Part shown: positions 1 through 8,854 of the stretch, one piece after another | Position numbering within the stretch: the stretch's first letter is position 1 | Layout: every line of letters begins with the position of its first letter | Source of the DNA: an uncultured Bacilli bacterium | GTDB taxonomy: Bacteria > Bacillota_I > Bacilli_A > RF39 > UBA660 | NCBI GenBank assembly: GCA_944358565.1 | Contig: CALVRK010000002.1 | Coordinates: 1-32,837 of the forward strand | Length of the DNA stretch: 32,837 nucleotides | Direction of reading: 5' to 3' | The notes under the pieces: model-generated | Databases searched by the model: none | What the model was told of the DNA's origin: nothing | The model's input: the letters and a program-made list of their open reading frames with translations, nothing else | Position numbers and translations under genes: made by a program

Positions 1-1
1 G

Positions 2-61
2 AAGATTGAAATGCCAGTTGATTTAAACATTGCTTATGCTGAATATCTTAATCAGTCATAA
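2..61 (+). CDS. 3' end of an upstream CDS (..KIEMPVDLNIAYAEYLNQS*), product unknown
   Basis: Frame is open from the window edge to TAA at 59-61. It is too short to assign a product. Confidence 0.25.
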   Translation, partial: KIEMPVDLNIAYAEYLNQS

Positions 62-150
62 AGTTGAACACAACTTTTTCATAAAAAAAAACTCAATTGA
101 CTTTATTTTCAGAAACCTTTATAATTATATTAAAAGGTAGGGGAAGACGA

Positions 151-663
151 ATGAAAAAAATGAATAGAACACAAAAAAGTTGGATGATTATTGGTCTATG
201 TTTAATAGTGTTATTTATGGCTATTGGTTATGCAAGTTTTGCCACCGATTTAACTATCACTGGATCTTCAAACATTACCAGTACTTGGGATATTAGAATT
301 ACTGATATTAAAGTAAAGTCATTTACTGGTGGAGCAACTAAAGCTGAAGAACCTACAGTTACTAGTAACACCACAGCTACATTTAAAACCAATTTAGTAA
401 GTCCTAGTGATAGCATGACATATACAGTTACTGTTGCTAACGAAGGTAATATCTCAGCTAGATTAGATGATATGACTGTAAGTGACGAAAATAATCCAGC
501 TATATTATTTCAAATAACCGGAATTAATGAAAATGATGTTTTAGGTGAACATTCAACTACCACTTTTGATGTTACTGTAACATATAATCCAGATGTTACA
601 TCACAGCCAGCCGATCTTAACAGTACGCTTGAAGTTGCCTTAGACTATGTTCAAAATAATTAA
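151..663 (+). CDS. Secreted or membrane-anchored protein, paralogue A of the GYAAF-signal family (TasA/camelysin- or CARDB-like)
   Basis: ORF 97..663 trimmed to ATG 151, with RBS aggtagggga at 135-145. Basic N-terminus and hydrophobic helix end in IGYASF, followed by LTITGSSNITSTWDIRI. The NLVSPSDSMTYTVTVANEGNISARL motif is present. The whole protein aligns to the N-terminus of the 14815 gene and to the 32506 partial gene. Confidence 0.6.
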   Translation: MKKMNRTQKSWMIIGLCLIVLFMAIGYASFATDLTITGSSNITSTWDIRITDIKVKSFTGGATKAEEPTVTSNTTATFKTNLVSPSDSMTYTVTVANEGNISARLDDMTVSDENNPAILFQITGINENDVLGEHSTTTFDVTVTYNPDVTSQPADLNSTLEVALDYVQNN

Positions 664-690
664 GCTTCTTTTATAGAAGCTTAATTTTTT
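662..690. terminator. Bidirectional hairpin terminator between paralogue A and clpP
   Basis: aagcttct (662-669) pairs with agaagctt (675-682) and is followed by a T-run. It overlaps the clpP stop codon. Confidence 0.6.
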
Positions 691-1256
691 AATATCTTAT
701 CGATTAATCCATATTCTAATGCTTCATCAGCCGACAAAAAATAATCTCTTTCCGTATCATGACTAATTTTTTCTAAACTTTGACCAGTATTTACACTTAA
801 AATTTTATTTAATTTTTCTTTTAACTTTAAAATTCTCTCTGCCGCAATCTTAATTTCAGTCGCTTGTCCTTGCGCTCCTCCCAAAGGTTGATGAATCATT
901 ACCTCACCATTGGGTAAAATAAATCTCATACCTTTCTCTCCAGAAGATAGTATAAATGCCGCCATACTGGCTGCCATGCCAATACAGATTGTTGACACTT
1001 TACTTTTAATATAATTCATCGTATCGTAAATTGCCATACCAGCTGTAATGCTGCCACCTGGAGAATTGATATATAAATTGATCGGATCGTGATTTAACGA
1101 ATCTAAATAAAGAAGTTGGGCCACAATCGAATTAGCTAAATTATCATCTATCTCCCCACTTAAAATAATAATTCTATCTTTCAACAGGCGAGAGTATATA
1201 TCATAAGCTCGCTCGCCATCACTACTTTTTTCAACTACACTTGGAATTAAATTCAT
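681..1256 (-). CDS. clpP: ATP-dependent Clp protease proteolytic subunit
   Basis: 191 aa. The sequence is a full-length ClpP: [35 protein letters not shown]. Confidence 0.95.
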   Translation of the reverse strand: MNLIPSVVEKSSDGERAYDIYSRLLKDRIIILSGEIDDNLANSIVAQLLYLDSLNHDPINLYINSPGGSITAGMAIYDTMNYIKSKVSTICIGMAASMAAFILSSGEKGMRFILPNGEVMIHQPLGGAQGQATEIKIAAERILKLKEKLNKILSVNTGQSLEKISHDTERDYFLSADEALEYGLIDKILKN

Positions 1257-1371
1257 AAAATCCCTCCCTATAATTATAATAGGTGTAAAGGATAAATATT
1301 ATTCATCAAAAAACATGACAAAATATTATATTTGTGTTAAGCTAAAATATAGAAAACTAAGGAGGCTGGCT

Positions 1372-3033
1372 ATGCGAAATCTTAAATTAAAATATAAAAA
1401 CACTTACTTAGAAGAAATACCAGAAGATACTACTTTATATGAAGTATCTAAAAAAGTTAAAGGTGAATTTAAATATCCAATAGTCGGAGCTAGACTTGGT
1501 GAATTTTTAGTCGGTTTAAATACCAAAGTAACTAGTAATGAAAGAGTTGAATTTTATGATTTAAGCACATTTATTGGTAATCGTATATATTCTAGAAGTT
1601 TAGAGTTTTTAGTTACAGTTGCTACTAAAAAAGTTTTAGGTGATGAAACGGATATCTTGATTAACTACTCATTAGAAAACGGTATTTATTGTGAAATCAT
1701 TGGCCAAAGAATTACTAAAATAACTGCTGAAAAAATAAAAGAACAGATGAAAAAAATGGTTGAACAAAAATTTACTTTTAAAGAAATGATTGTCGATAGA
1801 TTTGATGCAATTAAATATTTTAAAAAGCATCATCAAATGGATAAAGTTGAAAGTTTTAGATACATGACTAATCGCACTGTTACTTTATATTCCTTAGATG
1901 GTATATATGATTATTTCTATGGACCGCTCGTATATAACACCGGCCTTTTAGATAAATTTGATATGTTATATTTAAAAGATAATAGTTTTATTCTAACGTA
2001 TCCAAGTACTAAAGACCCTAATAAGATTGATAAATATATTCATCATAAACTAACCTTTGATACTTATAAAAGTTTTCAAAATTGGGGAAGAACAATTGGT
2101 ATCAGTACTGCTCCCGACTTAAACAAAATATGTACTGAAGGAAAGTATACTGATATGCTTAGACTATTTGAAACTCATTATGAAGATCAACTATCTTTAA
2201 TAGCTGAAGAAATCTATAAGAAAAAAGATCAAATAAAAATAATTTTATTAGCTGGTCCATCTTCAAGTGGTAAAACGACAACCGCTAAAAAATTGTCCCT
2301 ATACTTACAAGTAAAAGGACTTAATTGCCATAAAATATCCCTAGATGATTATTTTGTTGACCGTGATAAAGCTCCAAGAGATGAGAATGGGGACTTAGAT
2401 TTCTCAAGCATTGAATCAATTGATACAACTTTATTTAATAACCATTTAAATAAATTATTATCTGGACATAAAGTTTCCATGCCAACCTTTGATTTTATTA
2501 CCGGAAAAAAAGAATATAATGATAATTATCTAAAATTAGAAGAAGGGGAAATCTTAATTATCGAAGGTATTCATACCCTAAACGAAAAATTAACTAAAAA
2601 TATTCCAAGAGAAAATAAATTTAAAATTTTTATGAGCCCACTTATTCACTTAAAATTAGATAATCATAATAGAGTTCATACTACGGATGTTAGAAAAATT
2701 AGAAGAATTGTTAGGGATAATCAGTTTAGAGGAACTGATGCTGAAACCACTTTAGCTATGTGGCCAAATGTCGATAAAGAGGCAAGACTTAGTATTTATC
2801 CATATCAAGATGATGCGGATGCTATGATAAATTCATCATTAGGTTATGAGCTAAGTGTTTTGAGAATATATGCTGAACCATTACTATATGGAATTGATAG
2901 TAATAGTGCTCAGTATCCAGAAGCTATTAGACTAATTAATCTTCTTCGAAACTTCTTACCAATCACTAGTGAAGTAGTTCCAAAAGATTCTATCTTAAGA
3001 GAATTTATTGGTGGAAGTGTTTTTGAAGAATAA
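1372..3033 (+). CDS. Uridine/nucleoside kinase family protein with an N-terminal TGS/ThrRS-like extension
   Basis: ATG 1372 follows aaggagg (1359-1365). P-loop GPSSSGKTTTAKKL is present, with a uridine-kinase-like C-terminal half. The track start at 1315 lacks an RBS. Confidence 0.75.
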   Translation: MRNLKLKYKNTYLEEIPEDTTLYEVSKKVKGEFKYPIVGARLGEFLVGLNTKVTSNERVEFYDLSTFIGNRIYSRSLEFLVTVATKKVLGDETDILINYSLENGIYCEIIGQRITKITAEKIKEQMKKMVEQKFTFKEMIVDRFDAIKYFKKHHQMDKVESFRYMTNRTVTLYSLDGIYDYFYGPLVYNTGLLDKFDMLYLKDNSFILTYPSTKDPNKIDKYIHHKLTFDTYKSFQNWGRTIGISTAPDLNKICTEGKYTDMLRLFETHYEDQLSLIAEEIYKKKDQIKIILLAGPSSSGKTTTAKKLSLYLQVKGLNCHKISLDDYFVDRDKAPRDENGDLDFSSIESIDTTLFNNHLNKLLSGHKVSMPTFDFITGKKEYNDNYLKLEEGEILIIEGIHTLNEKLTKNIPRENKFKIFMSPLIHLKLDNHNRVHTTDVRKIRRIVRDNQFRGTDAETTLAMWPNVDKEARLSIYPYQDDADAMINSSLGYELSVLRIYAEPLLYGIDSNSAQYPEAIRLINLLRNFLPITSEVVPKDSILREFIGGSVFEE

Positions 3034-3051
3034 AAGAAAGGATTTGATAAA

Positions 3052-4062
3052 ATGATAAAAGTCGCAATTAATGGATTTGGTCGTATTGGCCGTTTAGTAT
3101 TTAGAATTATGGAAGAAGATCCTGAAATGGAAGTTGTTGCAATCAATGACTTAACAGACCCAGAACAACTTGCATATTTACTTAAATATGATACATCTCA
3201 TCGAAGATATCTTCCAAATGAAATCACTTATGATGAAGATGGTATAATTGTTAAAGGAAGAAAAATCAAAATTTATGCCGAAATGGATCCAAGTAATTTA
3301 CCTTGGAAAGACTTAGATATCGATGCTGGTTTCGAATGTACCGGTAAATTTACTAGTAAAGATAAAGCTATGGCTCATATTAATGCTGGAGCTAAAAAAG
3401 TTATCATATCAGCGCCTGCTAAAGGTGATTTAAAAACTATTGTCTATGGAGTTAATGAGAATACTTTAGATGGCAGTGAAGAAGTTATAAGCGCGGCTTC
3501 ATGCACGACTAACTGTCTAGCGCCCGTTGCTAATGTTTTAAATAATGCCTTTGGTATTAAAAAAGGTTATATGACTACTGTTCATGCTTATACTAATGAT
3601 CAAACAGTATTAGATGTACCTCATAAAAAAGGTGCTAAATCAAGAAGGGGTAGAGCAGCTGCTGCTAATATGATTCCAACATCTACTGGTGCTGCTAATG
3701 CGTTAGGTAAAGTCATTCCTTCTTTAAATGGAAAATTAGATGGAAGTGCTATTAGAGTTCCAGTAACTACTGGTTCAGTTGTCGATTTAACTTTAGAGCT
3801 AGATAAAAAAGTAACCAAAGAAGAAATTAATGAAGTATTTAAACAAAATCAAAATGAAACCTTAGGTTATACTATAGATCCAATCGTTTCAAGTGATGTT
3901 ATCAGTGAAACCCACGGCGCTATTGTCGATGGCTTATTAACTGATGTTTTAGAAACTGAAACTGGTGATTTAGTTAAAGTTGTTGCTTGGTATGATAACG
4001 AAATGAGTTATTCATCTCAAATGGTTAGAACTGCTAAATATTTATTTAAAGATAATATTTAG
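3052..4062 (+). CDS. gap: Glyceraldehyde-3-phosphate dehydrogenase
   Basis: [13 protein letters not shown] Rossmann motif, catalytic [14 protein letters not shown] near the C-terminus. Confidence 0.95.
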   Translation: MIKVAINGFGRIGRLVFRIMEEDPEMEVVAINDLTDPEQLAYLLKYDTSHRRYLPNEITYDEDGIIVKGRKIKIYAEMDPSNLPWKDLDIDAGFECTGKFTSKDKAMAHINAGAKKVIISAPAKGDLKTIVYGVNENTLDGSEEVISAASCTTNCLAPVANVLNNAFGIKKGYMTTVHAYTNDQTVLDVPHKKGAKSRRGRAAAANMIPTSTGAANALGKVIPSLNGKLDGSAIRVPVTTGSVVDLTLELDKKVTKEEINEVFKQNQNETLGYTIDPIVSSDVISETHGAIVDGLLTDVLETETGDLVKVVAWYDNEMSYSSQMVRTAKYLFKDNI

Positions 4063-4123
4063 TAGTTTTTTCTAATTTGTAAAAAAATATAAAAAGGTTA
4101 TAATATTACTGTGAGGTGATATT

Positions 4124-4933
4124 ATGCGTTACTGTCCAAAATGTGGAATCGAAAATGATGAAGATTCATTATTCTGTAAAAAATGTGGTTTTCCACTTGA
4201 TGAGGAGCCAGAAAACTATAATCAAAAAGAAGATAAAAAAGTAAAACAAAAACGTGGAAAAACCAAAACGAAAAAAAGTAAAATCAAAAATAAAACAAAA
4301 GTTAAATATAAAGATCAAGGTAATGGTAAACAAAAAGGAAAGATGAGTTTCTTTCAATCATTTATGATGTTCTTCTTTATATTGCTAAGTATATGTGCCT
4401 TAGGTGCTGCTGGTTTCTTAGGTTATTATATCTATCAAAATAGTAATATCGTCGTTCCAGATGTTGAAGGTTATACATATGAACAAGCTGAAAGAGTCTT
4501 AGGTGAATCAAACTTGCAAGCTGAAAGAGTCGAAAAGACTGTTACCGATGAAGATGAAGTTGGTGTTGTCATTGAACAAAATAAAAAAAGTGGTTCTAAA
4601 GTTATGGAAAATACCGTTATCAAATTAACTGTTGGTGTCCTAGATACTAGAGTAACCGTTCCAGATGTTGAAGGCTTAACCTTAGATGAAGCTTTAGACC
4701 TTTTAAATGAAAACAATGTCAAATATGAAATAGTTTATGAAACTTCAGATAAAGAAAACAATATTGTTTTAGATCAAAGTGTTAGAGCTAATAAAAAAAT
4801 CGAAAATACTGAAACTGTTACCATAACTGTTTCTCGAAATGAAGAACCACAAACTAGTCAACCTGAAGATAAAGTAGATGATACTACTCAAAATAGTGAT
4901 ACTACTCAAGATAATCAAACTAGTGTTCGATAA
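4124..4933 (+). CDS. Zinc-ribbon / Lys-rich linker / TM / 2x PASTA-domain membrane protein
   Basis: CPKCG..CKKCG zinc ribbon, K-rich stretch and a TM helix (FFILLSICALGAAGFLGYYIY). Two PASTA-like repeats begin VPDVEGYTYEQAERVL and VPDVEGLTLDEALDLL. There is no kinase or PBP domain. Confidence 0.7.
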   Translation: MRYCPKCGIENDEDSLFCKKCGFPLDEEPENYNQKEDKKVKQKRGKTKTKKSKIKNKTKVKYKDQGNGKQKGKMSFFQSFMMFFFILLSICALGAAGFLGYYIYQNSNIVVPDVEGYTYEQAERVLGESNLQAERVEKTVTDEDEVGVVIEQNKKSGSKVMENTVIKLTVGVLDTRVTVPDVEGLTLDEALDLLNENNVKYEIVYETSDKENNIVLDQSVRANKKIENTETVTITVSRNEEPQTSQPEDKVDDTTQNSDTTQDNQTSVR

Positions 4934-4937
4934 GTAG

Positions 4938-4970
4938 AAATCTCATTCACAAAGTGAAATGAGATTTTTT
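4938..4970 (+). terminator. Rho-independent terminator after the PASTA gene
   Basis: aaatctcattcac pairs with gtgaaatgagattt (one bulge), followed by tttttt. Confidence 0.6.
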
Positions 4971-5078
4971 AAATAAAAAATAAATTAATGTAAATAGTAA
5001 TTAATATAAGCTAGGAAACCCTAAAATAAACTTGTTATTATTAAAAAAATAGTATAAAATAAAAGATAGGTGATAAGA

Positions 5079-5447
5079 ATGAAAAATGGGTTTACACTAG
5101 TCGAACTACTAGCTATATTAGCTATATTAGGCGCTATCGTTTTAGTATCTGTTCCAAGCATTGTATCGACAAATAGAAGATCGCAAGAAAGTAATTATGA
5201 ACAGTATACTCAAAATATTGAAAACGCCACTGAAGTATACGTTGAAACACATCCAGATAGATATGCCGAATTAAAATCCACCCCAGGTACAACTGTAACT
5301 ATCAATACCGAAGATTTAGTTGCTAGTGGTGTTATTCAAGGTACTTTAAGAAATCCAAAAACTGATGTTCAGCTAATAAATGAAGCAAGTAGCGTAACAG
5401 TTCAAAATCAAAGTGGCACACTTGTATATACTTATGTTGCCCCATAG
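5079..5447 (+). CDS. Type IV prepilin-like protein (N-terminal cleavage/methylation motif)
   Basis: MKNG|FTLVELLAILAILGAIVL has the classic G/F cleavage site and E at +5. ATG 5079 was chosen over the GTG at 5070. The stop codon overlaps the pgk RBS. Confidence 0.8.
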   Translation: MKNGFTLVELLAILAILGAIVLVSVPSIVSTNRRSQESNYEQYTQNIENATEVYVETHPDRYAELKSTPGTTVTINTEDLVASGVIQGTLRNPKTDVQLINEASSVTVQNQSGTLVYTYVAP

Positions 5448-5458
5448 GAGGAAAATAT

Positions 5459-6643
5459 ATGAAAAAGACTATCAAAGATTATGATTTAAGTGGTAAAAAA
5501 GTAATTATTAGATGTGACTTTAATGTTCCAATCGAAAACGGAATTATCAAAGATGAAAGTAGATTAAAAGCTAGTTTAAAAACCATTAGATATGCGAGAA
5601 AAAATAACGCTAAAGTTATTTTGTTATCTCACTTAGGCAGAGTACAAATGGAAGAAGATAAACAAAAATATACCTTAAAACCTGTGGCTGAAAGATTAGG
5701 AAACCTTCTAAGAAAAAAAGTAAAATTTATTGCTCAAACTAGGGGAGAAGAATTAGAAAACGCTATTAATACCATGAAAGATAGAGATGTTATCTTAATT
5801 GAAAACACGAGATTCGAAGATTTAGATGGTAAAAAAGAAAGTGGTAATGATAAGGAATTAGGAAAATATTGGGCTAGTTTAGGTGATATTTTTATCAACG
5901 ATGCCTTTGGAACTATTCATAGATCACATGCCTCTAATTTAGGTATTGCGAGTAACCTACCAAACGGTATTGGTTTCCTTGTCGAAACAGAAATTAAAAA
6001 ATTACAAAAACTAACCCATAAACCTAAAAAACCTTATACAATCATTTTAGGTGGCGCTAAAGTTAGTGATAAAATTGGCGTAATCAGTAATTTAATTACT
6101 AAAGCTGATTATATATTAATCGGTGGTGGTATGGCCTTTACTTTCTTAAAAGCTGCTGGTTTTAATATTGGTAGTTCAATATGTGAAAAAGAAAAATTAT
6201 CATTTTGTAAAGAAATGTTAGATAAATATCAAGATAAATTAATCTTACCAATTGATGTTATTACTGCTACTGAAATGAAAGAAAATGTTCAGACCCATGA
6301 AAGATTTATCAATGAAATTGAAGAAGATGAAATGGGATTAGATATTGGACAAAAAACTATCGAAGTTTTTAAACAATATTTAGATGACTGTAAGACAATC
6401 TTTTGGAATGGACCAGTTGGTTGTTTTGAAATCGAAGAATTTTCAAATGGTACCAAAGAACTATTAAATATAATTACGAGTACTAAAGCCTATACCTTAG
6501 TTGGTGGTGGCGATACTGCTAGAGCCGCAGTAACCTTTAATTATCAAGATAAAATCAGTCATATTTCAACTGGTGGTGGAGCATCTCTCGCATTCTTAGA
6601 AGAAGTAAGCTTGCCAGCTTTAGATATAATCGATGAAAAATAA
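5459..6643 (+). CDS. pgk: Phosphoglycerate kinase
   Basis: 394 aa with RCDFNVP, LSHLGR and GGGDTA motifs. Confidence 0.95.
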   Translation: MKKTIKDYDLSGKKVIIRCDFNVPIENGIIKDESRLKASLKTIRYARKNNAKVILLSHLGRVQMEEDKQKYTLKPVAERLGNLLRKKVKFIAQTRGEELENAINTMKDRDVILIENTRFEDLDGKKESGNDKELGKYWASLGDIFINDAFGTIHRSHASNLGIASNLPNGIGFLVETEIKKLQKLTHKPKKPYTIILGGAKVSDKIGVISNLITKADYILIGGGMAFTFLKAAGFNIGSSICEKEKLSFCKEMLDKYQDKLILPIDVITATEMKENVQTHERFINEIEEDEMGLDIGQKTIEVFKQYLDDCKTIFWNGPVGCFEIEEFSNGTKELLNIITSTKAYTLVGGGDTARAAVTFNYQDKISHISTGGGASLAFLEEVSLPALDIIDEK

Positions 6644-7631
6644 TAAAAGAAACTTTATAATTATTTTTGTTATCACCGCCATAATTTTATATTTTGCTCT
6701 AAAAGATAATTTTGCTGAAAAAATAAAATACTTACTATCATTTGATATCAAATGGTTAGGACTCGCATTCATATTGATTTTAGCTTATTGGTTTTTAAAA
6801 GGCCTAGTTTTATATTACTGCGCCTCAAAAGTAAATAAAGATTATACCGAAAAAAAGGGAATTCTTCTTATGGTTACCACTCAATTTTTTCATGCCATAA
6901 CTCCATTTGCGGCTGGTGGTCAACCATGGCAAATATATAAATTAAAAAAAGATGGTCTTTCCTTAGGTGAATCTACCAACGTTGTTATTCAAGATTTTAT
7001 CGCTTACCAAATTGCTTTAGTTTTGTTGGGCGGACTTGCTATAACTTCTAACTATATATTTCATATTTTTCCAAGCGATTCACTTTTAAAAAGATTAGTT
7101 ACTATTGGCTTTATTATTAATACGGCTGTAGTTATCGTCTTGTTCTTAGTCGCCTTTAGTAAAAAATGGAATAAAAAAATTATCGATGGTTCTATTTCTT
7201 TTCTAGCAAAATTAAAAATCATTAAAAATAAAGAAGAAAAATTAAAAAAATCCGAAAAATTCATTCATAATTTTCATAATAGTGCCATCATTTTGTTTAA
7301 GGATAAATTTAACATGTTTAGAATAATTTCTCTAAACTTTATTGCATTAGTCGGACAATATTTAATTCCATTTACTTTACTGATGGGACTTGGTATATAC
7401 ATAAATCCATTAATCGTCATCATCACATCAGCTTATGTTATGTTGATTGGCTCAATGGTTCCAATTCCTGGTGGAACTGGTGGCTTAGAATTTAGTTTTA
7501 TGGCTTTTTTCAAAAACTTTATAACTGGACCAGAACTTTCAATCATTATGATTGTTTGGCGTCTAGTCACATACTACTTTGGAATCATCGTTGGTGGATT
7601 TACTTTAAACTTTAACAAGGAGGCAAAATAA
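6633..7631 (+). CDS. Polytopic membrane protein of the lysyl-PG-synthase-TM / flippase-like (UPF0104) type
   Basis: About 8 predicted hydrophobic helices and an IPGGTGGLE motif. ATG 6633 lies 11 nt inside the pgk 3' end. There is no aminoacyl-transferase domain. Confidence 0.65.
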   Translation: MKNNKRNFIIIFVITAIILYFALKDNFAEKIKYLLSFDIKWLGLAFILILAYWFLKGLVLYYCASKVNKDYTEKKGILLMVTTQFFHAITPFAAGGQPWQIYKLKKDGLSLGESTNVVIQDFIAYQIALVLLGGLAITSNYIFHIFPSDSLLKRLVTIGFIINTAVVIVLFLVAFSKKWNKKIIDGSISFLAKLKIIKNKEEKLKKSEKFIHNFHNSAIILFKDKFNMFRIISLNFIALVGQYLIPFTLLMGLGIYINPLIVIITSAYVMLIGSMVPIPGGTGGLEFSFMAFFKNFITGPELSIIMIVWRLVTYYFGIIVGGFTLNFNKEAK

Positions 7632-8854
7632 TGCGTATCGGAATATTTACAGAAACCTATACTCCATATATTAGTGGTTTAGTTACTAGTGAACTTATGT
7701 TAAAAAAAGCCCTAGAAAAAAAAGGCCATGAAGTTTATGTTGTTACTGCCAACTTAACTAGTTCTAAATATGAGTATGATGAAAAAGAACGAGTACTCAG
7801 AATTCCAGGCATTCCAACTGGTATATACGATTCAAGATTAACAAGTATTTATCCAATCAAAGCCATCAATAAAATTAAAAGTTGGGATTTAGACGTCATT
7901 CATTCACAAACCGAATTTGCTATTGGAACTTTTGCTAGACTATTTGCTAAGCAATATAACATTCCAATCGTTCATACATATCACACGATGTATGAAGATT
8001 ATGTTCATTATATTACTAGGGGACATTTCGATAAATCTAGTAAAAAATTACTTGAATATTTAACTAAATTCTATTGTGATAGAACTATTAATGAACTTAT
8101 TGTTCCAACTAAAAAGGCCTATGATTTATTTAAAAAGAAATATAATGTTGAACGTAATATTCATATCATTCCAACCGGAATTGAAGTCGAAAGATTTTAT
8201 AAAGAAAAAATTGATTCTAAAAAAATATCTAAATTAAAAAAACAATATAATATTTCCAGAAGAGATTTTGTCGCTGTCTTTGTCGGACGAATTGCCGAAG
8301 AAAAAAACATTCCATTTTTAATTAACATAACTCAGGATTTAATTAAAAATAGACCAAACTTTAAACTTTTAATTATTGGTGATGGGCCAGATAAAGAAGC
8401 CTATGAGAAAATGTCTAAAGAAAAAGGTTGTGAAAAAAATATCATCTTCACTGGAAAAGTTCCTTGGGATGACATACCAATCTATTATCAGCTTGGCTCT
8501 GTTTTCATCTCAGCTTCTCAAAGTGAAACCCAAGGTCTAACAATCATTGAAGCTATGGCTGCTTCACTTCCAGCTTTATGCATCGATGATGAAAGCTTTA
8601 GAGATACGGTTGTTGATGATTTAAATGGGTTCTTATTTAAAGATGAAACGTCATGTAAAGAAATAATTAATAAAATTATGGATGATAAAAAATTATTAAC
8701 AAACCTTCAAAATGGTGCTCAAAATAGTGCGGAGATGCATTCATCTAAATACTTTGCTGAAAAAGTTTTAGACGTTTACAAATTAGCTATTAATAACCGT
8801 AAACCAAGCTATAAAGAAAAAATTACTAATTTCTTTAAGAAGGTGTTTTCATGA
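7631..8854 (+). CDS. Family 4 glycosyltransferase (diacylglycerol glucosyltransferase-like, glycolipid synthase)
   Basis: MRIGIFTETYTPYISG N-terminus and a GT-B C-terminal motif (ETQGLTIIEAMAASLP). The start overlaps the previous stop codon (TAATG). Confidence 0.8.
   Translation: MRIGIFTETYTPYISGLVTSELMLKKALEKKGHEVYVVTANLTSSKYEYDEKERVLRIPGIPTGIYDSRLTSIYPIKAINKIKSWDLDVIHSQTEFAIGTFARLFAKQYNIPIVHTYHTMYEDYVHYITRGHFDKSSKKLLEYLTKFYCDRTINELIVPTKKAYDLFKKKYNVERNIHIIPTGIEVERFYKEKIDSKKISKLKKQYNISRRDFVAVFVGRIAEEKNIPFLINITQDLIKNRPNFKLLIIGDGPDKEAYEKMSKEKGCEKNIIFTGKVPWDDIPIYYQLGSVFISASQSETQGLTIIEAMAASLPALCIDDESFRDTVVDDLNGFLFKDETSCKEIINKIMDDKKLLTNLQNGAQNSAEMHSSKYFAEKVLDVYKLAINNRKPSYKEKITNFFKKVFS

Noticed and set aside
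228-416. 62-aa minus-strand ORF inside the 151-663 gene. The same applies to antisense ORFs 2910..3146, 3621..3818, 4169..4357, 4471..4722, 7061..7264, 10128..10385, 12803..13105, 13645..13869, 13820..14002, 24391..24621, 24898..25176 and 28068..28250.
   Set aside because: All lie antisense within CDSs that have strong homology signatures. They have no RBS and show the low-complexity composition typical of the reverse strand of AT-rich coding DNA.
1257-1371. Expected CtsR operator (tandem GGTCAAA heptads) upstream of clpP
   Set aside because: No gtcaaa or tttgac heptad occurs on either strand in the clpP upstream region, so no CtsR site is claimed.
4230-4330. A-rich stretch resembling a DNA repeat or low-complexity element
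   Set aside because: It is simply a run of AAA/AAG Lys codons in frame within the PASTA-protein gene (KKVKQKRGKTKTKKSKIKNKTKVKYK). There is no unit periodicity.
6633-7631. Possible MprF (lysyl-phosphatidylglycerol synthase)
   Set aside because: Only the polytopic flippase-like TM region is present. There is no C-terminal aminoacyl-transferase domain, so it is called a UPF0104/LPG_synthase_TM-type protein only.
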